This document shows, one piece after another, positions 52,321 to 64,000 of a stretch of DNA of 64,000 bases. The stretch's first letter is position 1. The number at the start of each line of letters is the position of its first letter. Location: positions 25,296,001-25,360,000 of the forward strand of contig OX597818.1 of assembly GCA_951406725.2 (NCBI GenBank). The letters are read 5' to 3'. Both the position numbers and the translations under genes were made by a program. This DNA comes from Octopus vulgaris. Its lineage: Eukaryota. The notes beneath the pieces were generated by a model. The model was given only the letters and a program-made list of their open reading frames with translations. It was not told where the DNA came from and made no database searches.

Positions 52321-53405
52321 AAGGATAGAAGTCCATTAACACGCAAATAGTGAGCGGTGTTCCGCAAGGCACTGTTTTGGGACCACTACTGTTCATAATG
52401 GCCCTCTCAGACATGCCCTCAGCCACGCAGAGAGCCACGATCACAAGTTATGCAGATGATACAAAAGTTCCACAGGCAATACAGAACCCTGAAGACACTA
52501 AACACCTGCAATGTGAGCTGGACAAAATATAAAGAATAGCATGCAGTTCAATGCTGAAAAGTTTCAAGCTTTATGCTATCAGCATGCAAAACTAAATGGA
52601 ATACCCAATAAATACACTGGACCTGGAGGGATTGCAATCCCAGAGGCACCATCAGTGCGAGACCTGGGTATTTACATAAGTGATGATGCAAACTTTCATG
52701 TGCATGTTGCTAAATTGGCAATGAAATGTAGGTGGCTGACCGGATGGATTCTTAGAACCTTTAGAACGAGAGACCAGGAAACCATGATGGTCTTCTGGAG
52801 GACAGTTGTCCTAAGCCACTTTGACTATTGCTCTCAGCTATGGTCACCATCTAGTGTCAAGTTAATCACAGAACCTGAGGCGATCCAACAAAGCTACATG
52901 AAGAAGATAGCCTCTGTGCAGCATATAAGCTACTGGGAAAGACTCAAGAGATTAAGACTCTATTCCTTAGAGCATAGGCGAGAAAGATATGCCATAATAT
53001 ACTCAAACTTTGGCATCGAGAGTTACACAAATGCTAGAACTGGGCGCCACTGCATGGTGCCAAGGACTCCAAATTTGCCATCAAGATGTAGGACAAGATA
53101 CTGTGATAGCCTGGGCTTCAGAGGCCCACAGCTCTTCAATATCCTCCCGAAGAACCTGAGAGACCTGCATGGGGTGGATGCAGATGTCTTTAAAATAAAA
53201 CTGGATCTCTTCCTGTCAGGTGTCCCAGATGAACCAACTTCACGGCAGGAGGTGCAGATGAGGGTAGCTGCATCGAACTCTCTCATGCACCAAATGGCAG
53301 TTGCTAAAAAGCATTCATGAAGTAAAATCATGTAGCAACACCAAATGGTGGTGCCCCAGCATGGTCACAGCTCGTGAGCTGAAACTAGATAAAAAAAAAA
53401 AAAAT
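52321..53405 (+). mobile_element. CR1-group LINE, 5'-truncated, RT C-terminal half to A-rich tail
   Basis: SGVPQGTVLGPLLF, YADDTKV, MQFNAEK, RDLGI, DYCSQLWSP and SYWERLKRLRLYSLE. 3' tail ggtggtgccccagcatggtcacagctc..gaaactagat(A)n. Confidence 0.92.
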
Positions 53406-55864
53406 CCTGAAGAATAATAAAGAATAAAATTAATTAATAATTTTACCAAGTAGTTTGGTATGTTAAAATAACCTTTATCGGTAATCTTATACAAAAAAGG
53501 GTTCAGCAAATTGCTTCACCACATACCAAATTTAGAAATAGCAGTTAAATACTATTCCTCTACAATGAGATACCTCTCAGCCAGCAATACTCTTATTATA
53601 AATTAAGTACCTGTTGTGTACTGGAGGTCAATGTAATTGACATATCCCCCTCCCCAAAATTTCAAGCCTTGTGCCTATACTAGAAAGGATTTCACACAAC
53701 CAACTATGACATGAGTAAAAGAAAGATGCTTCTACAGTGTTGGTTAACCTGATAGACACAGCAACCAAATTTTCTACAACTAAACAATGATACAGTCTGT
53801 CTGAGTGAATGATGTGGTAATAAATGGCAATCAAACAGCAGAATGTATGGTGGAGAGTGCAGTGCATTTTGAAATTCCTGTGCTGCCAGGTATGTGTATT
53901 GTACTCTAGCAATTGATTGGTTATCTTCACACATAGATCTACTTGAGCAAAACTAATGAGGGTTACTCAATATATGAAGTTACATGTATATATATTTTAA
54001 GAACAAAACCACACTCTCCTTTACTTGCAGTCTAAGAACAAGAACTTGTGATTCAGTAGAATTTTAAATCCATTTGAAGGATCCAGTGATCTACCTTCTT
54101 TAGGTTGTTATTAGCTGGTTTTTAATATACACTCACTCCATTACCTTCTTGTAAATATTGATGTCTCTTTTTCAAAGTTCCTACATTTTAGATATATTCT
54201 ATAAATCATAATAGCTTCTGAAATTTTTTCATCCTTTACTGTCTACATTTCACAGTTTAGTAGCATAATACTTCTAATGCATTATATTGGAAAATATTTC
54301 CTTAATAACAAAAGTAGTTCTCTTACTTTGTATCTCCTTTTTTATGACAGTAAGTAAACTGAAAAGCTATAAACAGTTGTCTGTATCTGTTGATTATAAT
54401 ATTTAGTTTCAGATGCAAAATTAAAAAATTCAATGTAATCTTGATTTATCGTGTAAACATTTAATTTCTAGTATTTTTTTTGTTTTATATATTTTGGTCT
54501 AGTTCTCTTTTTTTTCTTATCTATCCATGGATGTTCTATAAATATCTGTTGTAAAGTATACTTGCTTACAGCTTGGGAATTTTCCAAAATATCAAAATTC
54601 TTCCTGGCACCAATTTGCTATACCTGAAAGCCTTTTCTATTTTGGACTTAAATTCTGTTTTTCTTTATGCTCAATTTTTTTTTTTCTTGAATGAACTTCA
54701 GAATTATTTAAGTCATTTACATTCAGAAATATCATTACTAGTATTTGATGTAATACAATTACATATATGAGGTTTACCTTTCAACCAGTTTTAAACAGAA
54801 CTTCACTATTTTAAGTAATTTTCTGCTAAAATATTCAGTTACTTTTAGAATAATTGGATATTTCATATTTGGATTTTTGTTTTTTTTTTGTTAAGTGATT
54901 AGATTATTATTTAGGTTGAAAGGAAAACTCACGAAATTGGAGATTTCTGCCACTTAATGCTATATTATTATAGGAAGACATTTTTATAAAAGAATGCATA
55001 GTTTGAGAAATTAACTTAATTTTAACAAATGTATAAATGCTCTTAAGTACTTAGTCACAAGTTTGCTAGGTACTTATTTCTCCCTAAACATAACCTCTAG
55101 CTTCTAAGAGCTTTGTCCTTTTGTAATCAAAAAGTAAACACAAACCCTAGTCCAATGTGATTGGGCTGATTTTACTTTGATAAAGTTTCATCTCTTTTCC
55201 TTGCAGTTACCAATTAACTTTATTGAACAATATCTGTCATAGAAGCAATGTCATGCTTGATGTTTCTTAGTTCATCACAAAGAACAGAATAAGAGTCTTG
55301 TAAGAATTCAACCACTGTTTTAAAAAGGGAATAGAAACTTTCATACAGTTTCTCTTTGACAGCCTTTGAATTTCTCTCTGTAACAACATACATCATAGTA
55401 AAACTTATTTCAAATGTCTTTGTTTATTGTCTGGTGTCACATATAAAATACACTTACTAATAGCATAGAGAACAAGTGTGATGTAACCTTATATGAAATA
55501 AATTTGTATCATTATCAGCTAGAGTACATAATGACAGAAACTAAATCCTTCAAATATTGTTTCATTAAAAATCTAATGTTTACAATCTGTGAAATTTGTT
55601 CATCATTAACAACTCATATAAACAAAATACAAGTATATATAATACTTCACAAATTAAATTCATTGAAATATTGTTATACTAATATATTATGTTGTAAACA
55701 AAAATTTGTAAATGAAACAGAAGGAAAATTGCAAATTGCATAGTTTATAAAGTTCTGAAAACATCAATTTTTTTTTCCATTTCATTAATGTTGGATTTAA
55801 TTATTGGCTAATCCAAGTGACTGATTGTTAAATTCTTCAATTTTTTTTCTTTTCTTCTTTGCAG

Positions 55865-57647
55865 AAAGAGCAAATGACTAATGGCCAAACAGAAGGAACC
55901 AGAGTTTGATGCCAGTCAAGATGGTTGACAGGGTCTCCAGCAGTCCATCCCGCATCCCAATCCCAGTATCTTGCAGTCTGCATAAAAGCTCTGCTAGCAG
56001 TAATGGCAAGTTACGTCGTCCTTCAGATGTTAACCCTAAACACAACGACAGCTATGTAAAGGCCATGTGCTTTGAGAACGGTATCTTGGATGCCGTGGCT
56101 CAGTGCACACCCAATGCAACCACTAAAAAAGAATCTCCAAAAGAAGGAACTCCTGCAGAGTCTCCAGGCAAAGGAACTGGTTTTGAGACATTTGTCATGA
56201 CAGGTGATATGATCATTAAGACAACAGCTCCACACAAATCTCCCAAAAAGGTAGACAGTCCCAAAAAGGTGCCTTATAAGCAAATGGTTTATGGCAGTAA
56301 TATTGCAGAAGAAGAAGAAGAAGAAGAAGAAGATGATGATGATGAAGAAATTTGTCTCATCTCTGCAGAGTTCAATCGCATAGCAGCCGAGAAGAAAGTG
56401 AATGAAAACAGGGTAGTAGGGGCGCCCCGGCATCACTCTTTTAGCGGGCCTGATAACCCCAAAACAGTACACACACCTCTTGGTCGGGTTGAGTCTGCTC
56501 CTGCAGACAATAGAAATGATGGTAACATGAACTGGCCATCACCACCTCTTTCTATGTCAAGTCCTCCCATTGCAAGTCCAGAGGAGTTCATTCCGTCTCT
56601 GCGACAAACTCCCTCCAGTTCTATGGAATCTTGGGATCAGTTTGAACCCCATCCTCTTGACCCTGCCAACCATCAATATTATCAGCAACAACAATGCACA
56701 CAATTATTCACAATGAAGGAGAGCTCCAAACGAAGTCTATCAAATAGTGATTCTGAGCCCAGTCCTGAAGTAGTGGAGTCTTCAGATGATAAAAGCAGCA
56801 CAATGGCATCATCATCATCAGACAATGAAGTAAAATCGAATATAGTAACGAGTAAAAGTGCTGAAAAAATAGTTGCTGCTTCAAGAGGCAGTCATTCATT
56901 GGTTCGTACAAGTAAAAGCCATGAAAACTATCTACAGTCAGGCACTGATATCACATTAGTCAGCATTGATATAGATGATGATAATTTGGCTTACTCTCTA
57001 GATACTCTTGCATATCAGAGCTCTGGATCCTCTCTGGAGAAATTAGGTGATAAGGATGGACTGGTGCCTGTTTCAAGGAGTCTGCAGAGCTCACCGGAAC
57101 GGAAATCAAGTGAAAAATCATCTGATCGTGTCTTCATGCCAGGTTTCATAAGCCTTGATGAACCACGGGCTATCAAACCTAAAGGTAAGGAGACTAAAAC
57201 AAAAGATGCTGCTTCCACTTGTTCTAAAGTGGATTCCTCAGTTGAAGGTGCTACAGACTCAAACATTCCTTCAGGAGTATGTAATGACGGTGGACCTCTT
57301 TCCAGTCTTCTAGAACCACAGTCACCAGTCTCTTCAGAGGCAACTGATGGGAAAATAGAAGCACCAACTTCTAACCTTGTAGCATCAATACTTAATTCCC
57401 GCATTGGTGTTGAGTCTGCTGAGGAGGGTGTATCAAAGGAAGCTTTTATAGGAGTAGACAATAAACCTGATTTTATAACTAGTCTTCGAGAAACTGTGGA
57501 ACCTGGCAATGAACATTTAGATTCTGATTGCTTATATCACCAACCATTCAAAAGTGTGGATCGTCCATCAGCTGCTCGCTTAGCTAAACGGCTTTACAAT
57601 TTGGATGGATTTCGTAAATCTGATGTCTCAAGACATCTCTGTAAAAA
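55865..57647 (+). other. Large (1783 nt) exon of the EFA6/PSD gene
   Basis: Acceptor tttttttcttttcttctttgcag ends at 55864 and donor GTGAGT starts at 57648. Composition shifts relative to the flanks. Confidence 0.85.
55909..57647 (+). CDS. PSD: PH and SEC7 domain-containing protein (EFA6/PSD, Arf6 GEF): N-terminal disordered region and start of Sec7; partial, continues beyond the window
   Basis: Ends in DRPSAARLAKRLYNLDGFRKSDVSRHLCK, which matches the start of the EFA6/PSD Sec7 domain. The phase-2 intron after AA fits the expected K-N-N-x-F-S continuation. MTED-like FETFVMTGDMII and SRIP motifs are near the N-terminus. Confidence 0.9.
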
Positions 57648-60429
57648 GTGAGTATATTTATAAAATTTCCCATATTAGCCTTTTTTGAAATAGTTTTTTT
57701 TCATTTAGGTATTTCTCTTCTGTGGTGCTAAACTATTGTTTTAACTGTTTTATTCTGTAATCCAGGATAAAAGACTAGAATGTCAACTGTAGCTAAAACT
57801 TTTAGAACTGGTTAAATTTGTAAGTAAATTTATTAGATTTATTTTTATTTACAGAAAATGTTATATTTAATGAATCATTTCCTATAATACTGACATTTTA
57901 AGTTTAAAGATTATTTTCTGATGGAAGGTGATATAGCTGTAAAAATTCATTTGTTAAATGATATTGTTGCAAGATAGAATAAAAGGATGAAAAGGAAGTT
58001 TTCACTAGGTATTTTAGTATTTCCATTAAAAAAAAAATCCTTTATTAGGAATAGAGAACAAGTGTAGCTATGATCTGTAGATATATGATGTTAGTGCGTG
58101 TGTTTTTGGTGGTACATAGTATACAAAAATTGGTGGAGTCAAGTTTTCACTATGCTAAGCTGTTTCGATATATTTGTTGAAAAAAAATCTCTTTTTTGAC
58201 AGAAATCAATTGACAGTCAAAATCAGTTTTCAGGCAAATAAGGTGAGGAGGTATGACTATCAATGTATAAGCAATTCATGTGTCTCTACAGAAAATTGTA
58301 GGGTAAATTTGGTAGTGATTAGTTACCTCTTGAGAGGATAGAAAGAGAACTGATTTATTTTTATTACTAAGTATTCAATTTTGCAATCTTAAAATAAATT
58401 TTGGTAATACTGTATAACTAATGGTGCACTCAGTACAGAATCAGTTTCAGCAAGAAGTTGAGATTTTAGTCTCCTGATTTGTTGAAAATAGATGGGGAGA
58501 TTGAATTACACTAAATTAAAAACAAAATACTAAATTATACTATGAGAAGTGTTAAAACTTGATAATTGGTGGGTATTTGATTGCAGAAAAGCAGAAAAAG
58601 GTGAAGCAAGAGGACACTGGAAATTGTTTTTTAGTCATTATTTATTTATTTATTTATTTATTTATAAAGCCGAGAGGTTAAGCTAGTACAATTAATGCAG
58701 AAGTATTTTTGAAGATTCAAAAGTTTGCTGAAGAAAAAGTAGTAAATCTAAAGTAAACCTATTTTCTTTCTGTACATTTTTACATTTTTATTGGTAACAA
58801 TTTAATAGAACTCACCACTTCAACTGGAATTTCTTGAGATTTTTCATTGATGTTCATTTTTTCTGTTAAGAAATACCATACATTAAATACTACTGGCAAT
58901 GCAAATGATTTTGTCAGTATTTTTGTGTATGTATACATGTGTATCATTCTATTTATCTATATGTATTTATATTTATATATCTTTTTATACCAGCCTACTT
59001 ACATTCTTTTCTCCTTCCTAACCACCTTCTCTCTCCTAACCTTTCTCATATCCCCCCTGAAGAAATTCATTCCCAATGCACAGCATCTAATGCAGGTATT
59101 TTCTCCTATAGACACGGTTGACAAAAACCTTCCCTGAGATTTCTTTCATCGATAAAAACTGTTATGGAAAGCATGTCTGTGTGTGTGTGTTTACATTTGG
59201 TTTCTTTTGTCTTTATTTTTGTGGTGCGATGAATATATTGATAAAATAAGTGTCCATATGAAGTCTGTGTGGTAAGAAGTTTGCTTCCCAACCACATAGT
59301 TCCAGGTTCTAAAACTCTTTAAGGTAGAACCCCAACATACGCACAGATCTAAAACAATTTATCTTTCAGTTCATAATGATCTTATAATGCATTTGAGCCT
59401 GGTTGTATGAGTAGCTGTGAAACCTTATTGCTTTTCATATAAAGCTTGCGTCTGTTTCATTTACCTGTGGTTTAAGCCAAATGTTATAAAACAATGCTCT
59501 AGTTGTGCAACAAATAAATGGAGATGACTATTTAGAGCAAAGATAATTTTTTTTATAATCCATACTTCATTAAGTTGATGTACTTAAAGAGCTGGGCAGC
59601 CAAGTTCTTGTGTTTTCAAGGCTTGGCAAATGTTCTGTTGTATCTTTCTCTTCCATTCCATGTATATTATTTTTGCTCAGTTTTATTAAAACGTCTTCAT
59701 CCATGGAGTGTAGCTTGTCTGATGACTGCCAGTAACTTGTATAGAAAATAACTTTAAAGCCTGAGCAGGAAGCATTTCAGCCACATTTTGACTGTGGTAT
59801 GCTGTTTAACCCAGGGATTCAGTTCCAGTTTAGCTATTGGTAAATACAGTGAGGTTATATAATTTGTAACAGGCACTTTTAGACTTTAAAAAAAATTGTC
59901 TGCATCTGATTCAGACACTTATAATTTTTGTACTTATATATGCATATGCTGACAATAATGGTAATGTTAACGGCATTACAAATATTTGTTATATAATGAT
60001 GATAATTGTAGTTGGCACATATACCATATGTATTGGAGAATGAATGAATGATGACAAATTATTTGAAGGGACAAATATGATTATTTATGTGATTATTTAT
60101 GTAAAGCTGGCAAGCTGCAGCACAATTTTTCTTATTCCTCATGAGTGCAGATACTGCCAAACAGTTATGAACAAAAAAACCAAACAGCTTTCTTCCCACT
60201 GATTCCAAAACTTTAGGGCTGCAACTATAAACATAAGCACAATGAAAAGTAAGTCTGGTGAGATTGCAGAAATACTGGAGCAGAGATAAGTGGGTGTGTG
60301 CAAGAGGTAAAAGGGGATGGTTCCTCCACCAAATTCCTTAGACAAGAGAAAGCAGTACAAATTCTTCTGGTGGGTAATAGTAACAGCAGGAGTTGGATAG
60401 GTATACTGTTAGCTGAACAATGGATGAAT

Positions 60430-61690
60430 ACAATAAAAGAGGGGAAGCTGGTGGTCTATCAGGGATAGTTGCAGAGACATTCAAAGTATCTGGTTTGGTA
60501 GGATACATGATCACCATCTGGATAGTTAATCAAATCATACAGGAAGGTATCATACTTAATGACTGGCATAGCAGAATCATCATACACTGCACAAAGGCCT
60601 TAGAGAGCAGCATTTAAGAGGAATCAAACTACTGGATCAGGTTATGAAGGAGAATCATAGCACAATTGATTTGTGATAGTGGACATAGTTGAAATGCAGT
60701 TAGACTTCATGCCTAGAAGATGCAATCTTCTCTATGCAGCAACTTGCTGGAGAAATACTTGGCTAAGAATTAACCACTATTCCTAACTTTCATTGTTTTG
60801 AGAAAGCATTTAACAGAGTACCATTTTCAGTAATTTGGTGGTCATTGAAGAAATTAGGTATAGACAAATGGCTTGTGAGGGCTGTACATGCTTTGTACAA
60901 AGATTCATTAAGTAAAGCGAGAGTTGTCAACAATTTTGGTGATGAATTTAGCATGAAAATAGATGTTTATCAAGGTTCAGTTCTCTTATAGTCATCCTAG
61001 TCCTACAGGCTATCATAGTTTAAGACTCACAGAAGCTAAACCTAAAATTGAAAAGCCTTAAGGTAAACTTAGCAAAGACTAAGACTTTAGTAAGTAGGAA
61101 ACAAGACAGGCTTAGTATTTTCAGGGAAATGGTTTTGCTTAATATGCAAGAAACAATTTGTTATAAACTCCATATACTTTACACAGTGTAAGCTTTGCAC
61201 ACAACTGTGGAATCACAGGCAGACTAACAAAGAACATAAGCTTCATATGTGACAGATGCACTAGCATGGTATGTACTTGGAGTAATCCAGAAGTAGACTC
61301 TTAAATATCCAGATGGCTCACTAGAAGTTTTTGTTATCTAGAAGACATAATTAGTAAGGAAGATAGTTACTCTGAAAGTATGGTAGCCAGAGTAAGAACA
61401 GACTGGAAAAAGTTCAGGGAGCTTCTACTGCTACTGCTAACAATTGTCTTTTCCCTCAGAGTGACAAGCAGATTGTATGATGTTGTTGTTAGAACTGTGA
61501 TGCTATATGATAGTGAGACATGAGCCTTGAATACAAAGAACTTGAGAAGACTAGAAGGAAATGAAGCAGGCTTGTTCTGTTGGATGTGCAGTGTAAGTGC
61601 TTCAGAATAACTTAGTACAAATGGGCAGAGAGAAAAACTGAGCATAAGAGGAATCAGATGTAGCATGCAAGAAAGAAGTCTGTGTAGATA
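60430..61690 (+). mobile_element. Degraded RTE LINE
   Basis: GEAGGLSGIVAETFKVSG..IVNQIIQEGIILNDW, RGIKLLDQVMK, QGSVL, LKVNLAKTK, KWFCLICK, RVRTDWKKFRELL and VMLYDSET. Confidence 0.82.
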
Positions 61691-61879
61691 AAAGAATGGG
61701 GGCTAAAGGTATGTTGGGAGACAGTCAGCAATGAAATATGTTGGTAGGGGTTCATTAGTGCTCTCCTGTTGAAGCCATATTCGTGCTAAATCAATCTACT
61801 GCAGGCCATATTTTTGCCTTTCATCTCATTATTGAAAAGTCTCAGGAATTCCGCAAGAGCTTGAGTGAGTGAGTGAGTG

Positions 61880-63100
61880 TCCTTGGAAACCCCTGTATGC
61901 TGATAACTTAGCTCTCATTGCAAAATCTCTTAAACAATTGAAGCAAAAGTTCCAAACATGGAAGCAAAATCTGCAGTTGATGTGCCTTAAGGTAAATTTA
62001 AAAAAAAAAAAATTTTAATAAGTAGGGAGGAAGACAGAATCTTTATAGCATAAGGGAAATAGTTGTACTTCATTTGAAGAAAAGAAATTGATAGAAATTC
62101 CTTAAGTTATACTCAGTGTTAACAGTAGACACATGCAGCAGGTACACTAGGTAATAAGGACTGAGCTCCTGGGAAGTAATTGTTCTCAAATATCCAGTTG
62201 AATCTGTCAATAGCATGCTTGTTGTCTGGGTGACCTCATAAGCAGTGACAAGAGCTAGTGTTCTGAAAGCATGATATCCAGAATGAGTTGGAGGAAGATC
62301 CGTGAACTCTGCTGACAATTGTAAGATGCTTGTGTGTGAAGTGCATTGCTGCATGGTAACATGAAAGATCTTCTAAGTTGAGAAAGAAATGAAGCAAGCA
62401 TACTTTGTTAGATATTCCTTGTTAGTGTGCATGAACAACAAAATGTAAATGAACTGATAAGTGTATAAGAGGAATCAGATGTAGTGTGCAAGAGAGGAAA
62501 CTACTGGTGTGAGTATGTGGTACAAATCGAGGATGGCAGCTACATAAAGAAGTGCTAAGCTCTGTAAGTGCATGGTATCTGTAAAAAAGCAAAAACTGAG
62601 GAAGACTTGGGATGAGGTGGTAAAAATTGTCTCAAGATACTAAATTTGATAAAAGAAACGATGAAGGACCATATCGTGTGGTAATGCATGGTATTGCCGA
62701 TCCCTCTTGTACACCACTCTTGCATATTGCCTAGTCTGTATCCTCATATTTACCCACCATCTCTTCTATTTGCTACCTCTTCTGTACTCTCTCTCTTTTA
62801 CTTACTGTACCATACCACTATTATTTAGAGGAAAGTACTTGATCTGTGCATAGTGAATATCCTCTACCTTAACACCACTATCCATATGCTATTACTCTTC
62901 CTTCCTCTATCCTTTAAAATTATGAAGCTTGAGTGTGGAGGGATTGCACCGTAGCAGCTTTTACCCACCCTTCCTGATTTTACTAATACCATGCTCTCTT
63001 CCACTCACCTTCTTGAATATATTATATTGAAGACATGCTCTTGCTCTTTGTAGTCATCATTTGTGTCTCTCTTTCATGCACCACTTCACCTACCTATACA
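61880..63100 (+). mobile_element. Second, more degraded RTE fragment with pyrimidine-rich 3' UTR
   Basis: LYADNL, KFQTWKQNL..LKVNL, RGIRCSVQ and LRKTWDEVV remnants, followed by a C/T-rich tract. Confidence 0.65.
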
Positions 63101-64000
63101 CCATATATAACAATGGATAGCACTGAATCTCTTCCAGAAATGCTTTTATAAATTATTAGATTATAACAGTTTAGCATGGAAATCTAAACCAGAATTTTCC
63201 CCTGCCAGTTGTGTGGATATCATTGTAAACTGTCTGTATTTGGATCTGAAGTCTTCAACATATTTAGCTCAAAGGATAGTTCTGATAAATTAGCATTCAC
63301 CTCAACTTTTGACTACCAAGAGAAAAATATTATGATTTAGTTAAATATATTTGCGAAGTAGAAACCAATGGAGACCTTAATTGGAAGAAGGAAGACATAA
63401 TTACAATATTACAACAGTAGGGGTCGATATTGTTTTCTTGCAGGGAAGACAATGAAACTGGACTTTGTCCTGTCAATCATTATGACGTTGTGAACCAAAT
63501 TTTTTTAACTGTTCATTTTTCTATTGTCAATGCCATTGTTCCAAGCACAGAACAGAAAAGTATCAGAAACAATTTGAAAGATGGCTAGCAAGATAAGGAG
63601 AATAACATTTGTGTTAATTAATTAAAACATAGAATGTCTTTCCTCAAACTTATCTTAGCTATGGTTCCTAAAGTTTCTCTTCAGCTGAAGCCAATTCCCA
63701 AGTCTTTCTTCCTTCCATTATCAACTAGATCAATCCACAGACCACCCCAGTACACACTATATCTGGAAGTTCTAGTTCTGATATTCATCATTTGAATTCT
63801 GTAATAGAAAATGCAATACAAAAAGATTCTTCAAAATCATTTCCAATATTAGATGACAATGAAAACAGGAAACTTTAGAACTTTTCATGAGAAGGTGAAG
63901 GTTGCATATTTCTAATCAAACTATTTTCTGTGAAAGTAAGAACAGTGCATTATCTTGTATTTCATTTCATGTGTAGGAGAAACCAAGTGGTCATCATTCA

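Noticed and set aside
56023-57509. Minus-strand ORFs of 149, 67 and 164 aa
   Set aside because: Antisense shadows of the EFA6/PSD exon.
63425-63520. Acceptor-like ttttcttgcag as the next EFA6/PSD exon
   Set aside because: The following sequence does not encode the expected Sec7 continuation (N-x-F-S..).

Overview
AT-rich, repeat-dense eukaryotic DNA. The repeat families suggest a cephalopod, probably an octopus (inference). The window reads as mostly one long intronic/5' region of a + strand EFA6/PSD (Arf6 GEF, PH and SEC7 domain) gene. Its large exon (55865-57647) encodes an SxIP motif, an MTED-like motif and the start of the Sec7 domain. The rest is a transposon landscape: two defective mariner copies, a mariner MITE, a Helitron, a ~590 bp foldback element, RTE and CR1-group LINE fragments with SINEs that share their 3' tails, and two Penelope-like elements (PLEs). 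One PLE is nearly intact, Neptune-type and sits in TA/TG microsatellite. The other is a truncated remnant with an inverted terminal copy and an embedded tRNA-like (Pol III) segment. Both carry minimal hammerhead-ribozyme motifs. The best non-TE signal is a textbook recursive-splice-site arrangement at 9894-9987: branch point, polypyrimidine tract, AG|GTAAGT, then a 49-nt cryptic exon. All calls were made by eye and TE boundaries are approximate.
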